DNA of 62,309 nt, the filler included, from Sphacelaria rigidula (taxonomy: Eukaryota), in assembly GCA_964200075.2 (NCBI GenBank). It is 6 parts of 6 records of this genome, joined end to end, with 100 filler letters (N's around TTAATTAATTAA, not from the genome) between each part and the next. Parts side by side here need not be neighbours in the genome. Positions count along the whole stretch, not along the records: positions 52,010 to 62,309 come from CAXNAA020006760.1; 5 more parts are not named here. One strand, 5' to 3'. The notes beneath the pieces were generated by a model. That model was not told the DNA's origin and made no database searches. It was given only the letters and a program-made list of their open reading frames with translations. The position numbers and the translations under genes are program-made. Below, one piece after another: positions 52,010-62,309 of this stretch. Position 1 is the stretch's first letter; every line of letters begins with the position of its first letter.

Positions 52010-52398
52010 AACACTGCGCAGGGTACGTAAACCCTGTAGACCCCCTCTTCACGGTGCTATCTGTTCACGTGTGTTACCACAGCTTCCCAGTGCCTCCTGC
52101 ACGGACCATTTGATTGGCGAGCGAGCGCTCGTACTGAATTCGCGATGTCAGGTCTAGTGACTGTTGCCAGCCACATCAGTCCCCCCACTGCGTTACGGTA
52201 CGGGCGATGCACCTCTGTGTTTTCACCCGTTGTCGGCCCCCAACTTGACAGAACCAGAGGCAGGGATTTCCGACTACCCTCTCACCTCAAAACGCTTTGG
52301 GGGCGTGTCCGTGAAGGTGGTTTGCGTCACGGACAGCGTGCCTCTATCCCAGTTTCTACCTACACACGTGGACAAATATCACCCTGTGGGGCACGTCT

Positions 52399-52570
52399 AC
52401 AGGGTCCAGGGAAACTGTGTAGTGTTTCTCGCGGGGATCTGGCTAGGGTTGTTTTTTTTGCGCCCCACAGGACGCTTCACAGGGTTTCAGGGAAATTGTG
52501 CAGGGTTTCTCGCGGGGATTTGATTGTGGGATATGATTTTGTGCCACACAGGGAGCTTCACAGGGTTTCG
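52399..52570 (+). repeat. Tandem repeat, about 81-bp unit x2 plus the start of a third
   Basis: cagggt...cagggaaa.tgtg...gtttctcgcggggat...cacagg..gcttca is repeated. Confidence 0.7.
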
Positions 52571-53230
52571 TCACTCCGTGTAGAATTCATCGCTGATAGT
52601 ATATGCTGTACAGCCTTTACAGCGCACATACAACGTACTCCACACAGCATGGGAATGGTACTGGCAGGGAAAAACGGTAGAGAAATCACGGCAGTTGGAC
52701 TTGAACTAGCGGCGTCGTACATTGGAGTAAGTCAGTGTGTACTTTAAGTTAACTGGCCTTTTGATACTCTGAGCTTCTAATAACTATCAAGTAAAAACCT
52801 CTCTGAACAGAAGTATACTCGGTTGAGTGATTTTGGTAGACTGCGCACCACGGGGTTTTCAAAAGCAATGTGGGCTCATATGCGAGGTATACACCGTTCC
52901 GCTAGCGTCTAATCACGCCGAGTTTGTGCTGTAAGCACAGGTGTGGACATACACACGTAACCAATGTGTGGGATCTCTACTCAGCGAATGCTGTTGAGAA
53001 ATATTCATCCTTTGGGGCTATAGGATGAGTTGCTCTCAACGACTTTTGTTGCGTGTATGTTCCCATACGCTGGTAACGGTGCAGTATGCGGGATATGCAC
53101 AGCTGACGCTGCTTGCAATAAATCTCTTTTCCCCCAATTTCCGAATGAAATTGGAGGGCAAAGTGAAGATTTATTTTGAGCTTCTTCTGCCGTTCTAATT
53201 CCAAATCTGCCAGTGTGCATGGGATTTGCG

Positions 53231-53395
53231 CAGCAGAATAAGCTGTTCGAAATAGATCCTTTTTTTTGCCTAATTTAAATGGGCGAAAAAGAGATATATT
53301 TCGAACAGCTTATTTTGCTGTTTAAAATATATCCTTTTTTCGCCCAGTTTAAATGGGCGAAAGAAGGATATATTTTGAATAGCTTCTCCTGCTGT
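53231..53395. repeat. Two tandem hairpin (palindromic) units centred on tttaaa
   Basis: aataagctgttcgaaata...tttaaatgggcgaaaaa...tatttcgaacagcttatt, followed by a diverged second unit. Confidence 0.7.
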
Positions 53396-53819
53396 CCGAG
53401 ATAAATTTTCAGCCACGCGGCATTCCATAACCGCACTCTACAGTAACCTCGCAAATCCATATACGAAGGACATCGCAGGCGTCGCACGACTCCCCCCCCA
53501 CCCCAAGAAAGCATATAATACATTAGCCATCACCCGCGCTGTCATCGAAATATTGTGTGGTTGTGTGCACACCCCCTTGCCCTCTTGACTGCGCATCAGC
53601 GGCGCACTGCGTCCAATATTCTCGTACCGCGCCGTTCATCTTCTGTGGTGGTCGAACATCCGCCTCTGTGTTTCGAGGTGCGTGGAGCAGGAAGTGATAC
53701 AAGGGGTACTTTATAGCATGCCCGCGCCCACCGTTCGGGCGCTGGTAGAATGGTGACACATCGAGCCCATCATCGACTTGCGCGAACATCACATCAGACA
53801 CGCGCACGATCAGTATTTT

Positions 53820-54079
53820 CAAGGGCGAGACGAATTTTTGGTTCGTGTCGAAATTACTTCCTTGTAGTATAATTAATTTGTACTGTACGAAACAATCCCC
53901 AGGCATCGTCTTCAGCGTTGCAAGCCAGGTAGGTGCAGCCCAGGCACGTGGACTGGCGCAAAAATTGCGTGGAGACCTTTTTGACCAGCGGCCAATCCTT
54001 CTTTCTCTCTTTCGAGCAATTAGGCCTGAAAAATTGTGGATTTGGTGGTTCGAACCGGCGATGATTCGTCCGCACCGTG
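53820..54079. mobile_element. Copy of the 9877-10134 MITE family
   Basis: Colinear similarity. A partial inverted copy also lies at 31045-31106. Confidence 0.8.
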
Positions 54080-54145
54080 AACCTTTCAACCTGGAGTCAA
54101 ACCGAGTCGTGAAGCGGGGGAGTGGTCAATCAAGCAGGCAGCGGC

Positions 54146-55396
54146 GAGGCATTAGCTCCGTAAGCGCGCTCAAGGTTTAGCTTACTTTGGGGTTCTCGGG
54201 CTTAAATAAGCTATTTTTCGAAAAGCTTATAGAGAGCTTCAAATGTTTGAAAAGCTTATAATGTACTCGAAACGCGCAGAAGATTGCGATATTTTTCCAT
54301 GCGCCTCCTGCAGCCAGTGTATCAGCTGCTTGAAAGTGCTCCCTACGGCCTATGGCGTGACTCATCATTCGTTACTCGTCACCAGATAGGCTTCAATGAT
54401 CAATTCTCCAAATTGCCATGATTGCGGATTTGATCCGAAAAAGTTTTCTGTTTGTGTTTTATATATTTGACACTGCGTTGAATTGAAAATGTAAATAATA
54501 TTATGTACAATAGTGGTGCCATGGGGCTCATTGCACATTTTACGGCGTACAATCTACAGCGTTAGCTCATCGACTTCGTGTATTTTAAGCAGCGTACAGG
54601 CTACACCGGGGAGCAGGTCCGCCAGCTTGCTGTTTTCCCCTTCGTGACCCCCGAGGTCATGGTGGGCCTGTTGTCCGAGAAGGGTGACCTTTTGGTCGAG
54701 GCCTCGGGCGCGCAGTCAAATTACGGTTTGCTGTCGTTTTGGGACGATGACAAAAAATGATTTCGTGCCGATGGATATCGTACTTACTTAGCCATCGTCC
54801 GCGTGTATGAAGCGAGTGCTTTCCATTTTGAGGGGGTGTTTGAACTCCCGCCAGGAGAGGGCGTTAGGTGACCGGATCGAAGCCGCGGTTATGCTCAAGT
54901 ACAATCCGAGCCGGAAGTTTGACACGATTTTAAATGTCGACTGATGGTAGATGATGGGGGGGGGAGGGGGCGATAGCTCGTAGCTTGAAGCTTGCCGGGC
55001 GAGAGGCGAAAGGCTGCACTACCCTGTGTCCAGAGGCTGCAATGACCCACTGCTGCACCATGTGTCATGAGTGTACGTAGTGCGGACACATTATTTCGAT
55101 AGATGGGTCGTTTGGGGTGGCGTTCAAACTCAATGTTCGAGAAACGTCACATTTTTCAAATAAAAACAAATTTCAAAACTTCGATACCCGAATTGTCGTC
55201 TTTTCCTCATGCTGGAAGGCGCGCCAAGTGAGGGGATACTGCCATAACGCCACAACAAGGACGCGGAATGGGCGCATAAAGTACGCATATTTTCGTTGAA
55301 AAAGGCTTAAAATGGGGCATAAAACAGATGGGAAAAGTCTATTAAAAAAAAAAAACTTAGTTTTTGTAAAAAACGGGCTTACGGAGCTAATGCATA
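54146..55396 (+). mobile_element. hAT DNA transposon deletion derivative
   Basis: 20-bp TIRs gaggcattagctccgtaagc / gcttacggagctaatgcata (18/20). Perfect 8-bp TSD gcagcggc at 54138-54145 and 55397-55404. Internal transposase C-terminal remnant. Confidence 0.92.
54578..54944 (+). pseudogene. hAT transposase C-terminal dimerisation-domain remnant
   Basis: LLSFW, then a frameshift and a stop, then PSSACMKRVLSILRGCLNSRQERALGDRIEAAVMLKYN. This matches the hATC pattern PSSA.xERxFS...R. Confidence 0.82.
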
Positions 55397-58300
55397 GCAG
55401 CGGCGTACCTGTCTCTCAGATGCTCCAAACCCAAACGAGTCAACGATCTCGCAACCTCGAATACGCTCCTTTTCCGGCTCTCCTTTTCGGGTACTGGTAC
55501 ATGGCATTGGTCGAGTGCGGTCGGCGCTAGTTGACGCTCCTTCACGCGTAGTGTTGGGGCGCGGACATGGGTCATGTATCCGCGGCTTTCTTCGCGAAAG
55601 TTCCAAAGTCGCAGTGCACAAAATAGGAATCCTGCGGCATTCGCGTTTGGGCAGAGGAGGGCGTTCACGCGATGAGACCACCAGCAAAAAACACATCAAC
55701 GGCACATCTACGGTACCGTGTCATTAATGCATGGCGAGGGCGCTGCCGATCCCGGCCAATGAGATCGCTCCCCCGTTCGTTCTGCAGAAGGGATAACAGT
55801 CCAGTATAGTGCAACTGTACTGCAGAGTCGGGCCGTTGCCCGAGGTATAGCGCAAACCGCACACCCTGTATATATTATACACTTCTATACACTGTCGGAA
55901 ATTCAGCACCGGGGATGTGAAGTGTGTAGCGAACAGTACAAACAGTATGGCGGCACACAGATACGGTACAACGAGACAGCGCGTCAGGTGTCGGGGTAAC
56001 TCGTTCCATCGTTTTGCAAGATCCTGTACCGTGCAGCAAAATCCTGCAGGGTTTCAGGCAGATAATGCGCGCCGTTCTCGCTGCACCGGGGGTTGATCAT
56101 CCCCAAAATTTGCACAGCAGCGGCCAAGTACATAGCAAAGCACGTGGGGCCGCCGTGTGTTCGGCCCACTGAAAGAAACTCGAATACATCGGTTGCGCGC
56201 GAGGGGTATGCGGCTGCGGACTGCTGCGCGTAGAGCACACTCATGCCGCTTGAGGCAACGCTCTTGCCACTCACCGGATGTATTGAGAAGTTTCCACTTG
56301 CTCAGTTGCTTCCACACATTGTAGCAACAGTCTTGTGCACTCCTCGCGTTCTCCCGCCCGACGGTGCTGCGGCGGTAGCTGATGACGTGATGTGCAACTA
56401 CGCGCGCGGTCTGCGGTGCTTGCCGCATGCGATTGTCATGTTCTAACAGTAACAGTCCCAACTGCACCATCTGTTGGTTACAGCTGACTTATTTTTTTAT
56501 TTTGATATGTATTTAAGTATCGGAAAATCGGAACAGAAACAAGTGCACTACCCACGTATAATGTCATAGCCCTTGTCCCTGCAGTTTCCTTTTTAGCATG
56601 CCCATGCGGTTCTCCACACGGAAGTTCAAAGCACAACTCTGAAAAGTGAGCTGAGAATCTGAGTCAAGGGCCAAGAACATCGCCCATTCTTCACAGAAAC
56701 GTCCTCGGCGCATGAGGGGGAAAAGGCTATGGTCCTGAACTTACTGCTTCTATTTTGCCCTTGCGATACTCCATATCAAATTCCAAAGCATAGTTCTCAA
56801 AACTGAGGGGCGAAATCGACGTTTAGTGCATCCAGTGTCTCTGCTCGTAATATTATGGGTTTATTGTGGAGTCTTATGTGCATCACCTCTAGATGATAAA
56901 AGGTGAAGGTGAGGCCATCGTTCGTTTCCCCTGCTCCAGGGAATACTATCATCAAAAATGATCACCCGCTGTAAATATCGCTGACGGTTTCAAATATACG
57001 TAAGCATGGACTCCACCTCCGTACGGTACACAGGAATTACTCATGGGGTTTAATTTATCATCGAGACAAGGAGTGAAAAAAAAGTCCGCCCCGACATTTT
57101 TGAGCAGATGGGCACCTTCCCCGTGGTACCGAGGGGGCCCATATTGGGAAATGGCTGCACCACCGCCTATACTAACTTCAAGTAATCAAATGTAATGAAC
57201 GTAAGATTATTACACGTGCGATGCAGTGCAGAAACTACTGTGGGGCGTCATCCAGCAATCAGGGGGTACCCCAACACACATAGATTCGGGTCCTCCCTTG
57301 ACCCCTCCCCCCGCCTCCTTCCATCCCAAAATGAGGTTTTCGCGGCCTGGGGGGCGGTGGTGCAGCCATTTCCCGATATGGGGCCCCCCGGTGGTACAGG
57401 CGATTCAAAAGATGCGCGGATCATAGCCCAGTTCGTCCATGTCGAGATAGGGCTGTGAGAGCTCAAACCCGTTTTTTAGGCTGGCCCAGCTCGTACTGCG
57501 GCGCATTAACGAGAGGGATATTTCGATGGCCGGTATGCCCATTCCCCTTGTTTCTGTTCGTGGATTGACAAAACGGACCGTCCCCTGCTATATCGACAGT
57601 GTTTCATTCGTTAATAGGAACACATAAAAAACAACGTATTTCTAATCAAATCTCGATCTCAATCAGAAGCTGAACTCTCAATCTCACGAAAACTGTGTGA
57701 CTTCTTCAGAGATTAGTTCATGTGCGACAACAAAAACATCGATCAATATTGTCACGTTCGTTTTCTTCTTCCCCCCCTCCCTCCCCTCCTTCTTTTTCTG
57801 ACTGTACAAGTACATCAGCACCCTCATTTATTGGGCGCGACATCGCGCCGCGCGTTTCCTTCACTGTTGTCTGTCATCATCCAACTCTTTCTGCTGCTCA
57901 TTTTTGTCTACCCGCCACCTTCTCTTTCGTCCACCAACGACAGAACAAAATAAACTACGCGCATTTCATGTAGATGTTTTTTTTTATAACAATGAATCAC
58001 ATGTAAGGAAAGTACAACACCCAACAACGCATAAAATCATAAACACAAACGAAGGGTAACAGGGACCCCCGCTCGAGAAAATCACCCCCAAAAGCAAGTT
58101 CTGGCAAACACTTACACGCCCTGCCCGGCCCTGCCCTCGTGAGAAAAAATTACACACACCCACACATTTCCCTTCTCGCACCCATCGTCATCGAAATGAT
58201 GATCATCATTGCACTCCGGACAAAGTAAGCAAGAAAATGAAAACTTCTTGTTTTCAATCACAATTTTGTCCACATTGTTTTTTGTTCGTTGAACCAACCA

Positions 58301-58842
58301 CCGTCTTGATGAGAGGACACAACAATCTGCCTAACACTACGGCTACACTAATTGGGTACGACATAGTTTTTTTTCGATAGGGTTATTCTTGATTCCCCCT
58401 CCTCCCTTACCCCCCCCCCAGATGACTATTTTCGGAGATGACGGATTCGAACAGTGAAGAATAGTAACTCTGCGCTAACGAGATCATGGACGACGTCATA
58501 TTCAGCCGACGGCCAATTTCTATTCTTCCTTCACCAAAATGAATCGATAAAAAAAAAAGGTCTCCCCCAGTTCCCCTGCCATGTTTTCCCCCTCTCTTCT
58601 GCACACTATTTTAGGAAGAATATCACATCAACACATCATCAGTCGCGATCAATAGGGAATGCACACCCGAAACTACACCAATCCCGCCTCCGCGGAACAG
58701 ATCATGATTTTGTACAAGAGACAAAAGAGCGCAGTACCGCTTTTGCTCTGCATGAACCCCGAGAAAACTACTGCCCATGACGCACCATCTACTATCCGGT
58801 ATTTACGTTTCCAAAACCCAAGAAAATGAACGCGGAGTCACG

Positions 58843-58877
<35 letters not shown>

Positions 58878-59388
58878 ATCTACCCCGGTTCTATTCAACA
58901 TCCCCGGGGTTTGTGAAAAACAAAAGCAACAGAGTGAGTGTGCTTCAACGTATGTCCACTCCTGCAAGGCCCACCACGCAACCTCTCCATTTCATCAGGT
59001 ATACACTGAAACAGAGAAAGAAGCGAAAAGAGAGAGAGAGAGAGAGAGAGAGATGGTGCGACTGAATGGCCACCGGTGACCAAAGACCATGGAAGAAGAC
59101 GCTGAATCCAACACACTGCTGTCGAGTGAGGGATCAAAACTCATGAAAAGGAGGGTCGTACTCCAAGTGCGTTTCGAGCATTCCAAACGACACATGCACA
59201 TTCGTACCATACTTCGCGACAACACACAACATAGAGACCAGACACAGAAAACTCGGCGTTTTATAAGTCAAAGGGATCAAGACTAGACACAACCCCACCG
59301 CGGGAACAGCTATTATTCCGGGCTAAAATTGCGTCGACCACGTACATATTCGTACTTTGGGGAAGACACGGGGGATTACAGAGATACA

Positions 59389-59409
59389 CGCGCGCGCGCG
59401 CGCGCGCGC
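59389..59409. repeat. (CG)10 microsatellite
   Basis: Directly visible alternating CG tract. Confidence 0.95.
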
Positions 59410-61787
59410 ATTTTGTGTCTCAACTGTTTCTTGTCGGGGTCGAAACTAGAAAGCAGCGTAATGCCAGCCAAAGTCATCCGTACATGCTCTCAAGGGGTAA
59501 TACGACACCTACCCACGATCCACCACCGAACACTACCCCAATACTTTTTGACCTTGCCATCATAGTATCTTTTCACGAAAAAACTGGAAACTGTACAACC
59601 TGAAAAAAAAAACATCAACGAACCACAAAATATGAAAGCCTTGGAACACAATACAAACCAACAAAACAAGAAGACAGGCACCGCTTTCGTGTCGTCTCGT
59701 ACACAACCAAGACTTTCTTTGGACCATGCTCCACAGGGTAAGATGGTAATGAGAGCGACACCGTCTTCTTCCCACAAAGCGACGCACACTACTTCCGTAT
59801 TATTATTGACAAGAAAAAAAGGCCTTGTCAGCCATCAAGCAGGCACAAAGCTAACACGTCAAAAACGAAAAGAGAGCGGAGCGTAGAGCAGCACGCGCCA
59901 GGAATAGTCCCTTGACACCCGGGAACAACCCCAGTAACCCACCCATTTCAAGTGCATTTCGATATCGTTGAGTCAGCCAGAGACGACAACAAAGAATAAA
60001 CCGTGACTCCTGGACAGCCCTCTCCCCCCTCGCCCGCCCTCCCCTTTCACGAACAATTGGATCATTATCAGCCCGGCAGGCATCGTCGAAAAAGATCATC
60101 CCTGAGCATAAGGTATAGCGTGGTGCAGTACGGGGTTCCCCGCAAAAGAGATTTCCTGTTTAGTGCGGGGTCGCACCACAGTGCAGTGAATAACCGCTCA
60201 CCACAGATTCCGCTACACTAATATCAAGTAATCTCAATGTAATCAGTACAGTGCGGGGTACCAGCACAGTGCCGTCATGCATGGCTAGCGACCCACGGCA
60301 CCATGTCTGGAACCCCACTTGATGTATGAAAAACGTTTGAACCCAAAAATTCATTACCCGCGGGGTGGCATTCTTGGGGTGACATACTCCGTACATACCC
60401 CCGGTACAGTACTGCAAGTACTGATATAGTGCCAAACACAACCGAAATCTCATCACATGAGGGTAATACAGCACTTCAGGGCGATATCGTGTATTAAGCA
60501 CGGCTCTTGATGCACCGTATTCTACGGTACCGGAATTCGCCCATATGATTGCCCCCTGCCCCCTGCCCCCTCCCCGAAAATGAGTACGCCCCCCCTCACC
60601 CCCCCCACCCGCGCCCGCGCCCAATGCTCTCACGTCTACGGCATCAACATCATGAGCTCCCCCCCCCCTACCCACCCTCCCTCCCTTCCCCCTCTCCACT
60701 CAACAAACCGCATGGAGTGTTTTGTGAACACATGAAAGGAATACTCGGAGCCCCTCCCGGCCAATTTCATGCGCCGGGTGAGTTCCGTCAGAGCGATCCC
60801 ACAGGTGCTCAGAGAAGACATGCCTTGCCCGAGGGTATTGTGCCTAGGAGTAGCGACTGCGGAAAATATTCCGCACTCCAGAGTATCGGGTACAGATATG
60901 GATACGTGGAAGGGCACCAAGATATTATCAACCTACAAAAAAAAAGACACAGGAGTATCCTGAACTGTCTGGAATATTGAGCCGTATCCGAATGCTACCC
61001 TGCAGTACCCTATCCACCTTTAAAAAAATCATGCGTGGGGGGCGGGTGGAGGGGCGGAGGCTTACTGTACGGTGGGTACCATGGTCGAGGCCTTTCAAGT
61101 GGGAGGGGTCGGGGGTGGGGAGTGGGGGGTGTAAAGGGATAGAATCGGTGATACCTGGGAGGATCGGCCCTCATGTACCACCTCGCATAAAACACGGGAA
61201 AAACTGCCATGAACCCGGGATTTTCCAGGGGCATCGAAGAGGATCCGGCAACGCCTCCGTTCAATCAACAAACAAAACAAAAAAGAGACGGCTTCAACCG
61301 TCGCACGGACTTACGGGATGGCCGTGCATACACACAAAGTCGCCTCCTTCCTTTTGATGGGAATCGGTATGACCCAGGGCAAGTCTGCCTCCATTACGGG
61401 GGACCCAAAAGAGAGAAATAAGCCCCCTAAAATGAGCTCCAGAAGTACAACCGCAACGTGAGCGAGATAGGACACTCAACTCATCAAGACGATGGGTGGT
61501 TGCTACGGATGACAATAAATACGGAGGGCGACGATCTTTTTCAGCCATGTTCGGCAACAACACCATCGATGCAAAAAAAAATGCCGGGAGGAGGATAGAC
61601 GACGCGTTTGGATTGTCGGCGATAGCTCTATTGGAGAACAGACTGCTTCCACTTCCCGAGAAAGGGTCAAGTATCGTCGGCGGCGTAACAGCTTACAACG
61701 CAGATGTGCAAAAAAGCAGGAGTACCCCATCAGCCTCCCCCAGCCGCCACCACAGGGAGAAAAAAAACGCCTCCAAAAGCTTTGATA

Positions 61788-61967
61788 CTACAGGAAATCC
61801 AACATGACGTCGAACGCTTGGTCCGACGCGCTTCGCACGTCAGCGTTCCAATGCTCCCGGTTGGCGCAGAGCGCGTTGGTCACCATGTTCATCAGCGCGC
61901 GATTAGGGGCGAGATACCCCATGACAATGAAATCCGCTTGCACGAGGTAGGCAGCCTCCTGCGCAAC
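61788..61967 (-). CDS. Terminal exon of a divergent PP2A B56 (B')-like regulatory subunit
   Basis: gacag| acceptor, then 59 codons plus TAG: VAQEAAYLVQADFIVMGYLAPNRALMNMVTNALCANREHWNADVRSASDQAFDVMLDFL. The VA...HWN spacing matches the B56 C-terminal helices. Upstream exons were not identified and probably lie beyond the window end. Confidence 0.65.
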   Translation of the reverse strand, partial: VAQEAAYLVQADFIVMGYLAPNRALMNMVTNALCANREHWNADVRSASDQAFDVMLDFL

Positions 61968-62309
61968 CTGTCATGAGCAAAATGTCCAAAAATATGGTAA
62001 AAGAACGGAAAGGAAGTCGTATTAGGCTTTACAGCGTATTGATGTGAGCAGGATGGAATGCGTGTTCGATAAATGCCTACCGAACATCCAAATGTGAGGG
62101 AAAAAAATAATTTTAAAAAACTCTACACAATCAAGATCCCAACCTCACGACATAAATAACGGTAGAGGCACCCCCAAGTAAAACAAGAATGCGACCTCCA
62201 CGGATATTCGTGATAATTTTTACCGTTCATGTTATAGTACCCCCCCCCCCCCCCCCCCCCCACCCAGACCGCCCACCCTACGCCAGTGGCACAGCCCCCC
62301 TCACACACA

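Noticed and set aside
57126..57398. About 45-bp inverted repeat pair
   Set aside because: Probably fragments of a CAGGGG-ended MITE (compare 49060-49240 and 49793-49990); boundaries could not be defined.

Overview
Eukaryotic, intron-rich and very repeat-rich genomic scaffold. It is most likely a brown alga (Phaeophyceae); this is an inference from gene structure and repeat style. Five artificial 100-bp gaps (N44-TTAATTAATTAA-N44) join six contigs, so gene continuity across gaps is uncertain. Three host genes can be read by manual splicing: (1) seven in-phase + strand exons (21494-30934, 391 codons) of a MidA/NDUFAF7-like (Methyltransf_28-type) SAM-dependent methyltransferase resembling the bacterial TPR-associated subfamily; (2) two + strand exons of a FYVE zinc-finger protein (32071-38641); (3) the terminal exon of a divergent PP2A B56-like subunit on the - strand (61788-61967). 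The rest is mostly transposable-element debris: a decayed LTR-retrotransposon gag-protease, an intron-containing Sola-like transposase pseudogene, a hAT deletion derivative with intact TIRs and TSD, an RTE-like LINE 3' end, tRNA-derived SINEs (one nested in another), and hAT, PIF/Harbinger, piggyBac, MULE-like and CACTA-like non-autonomous elements. Most ORFs in the supplied track are spurious. No CRISPR array, rRNA or genuine tRNA gene was seen. Family assignments come from motif recognition only; no database search was run.
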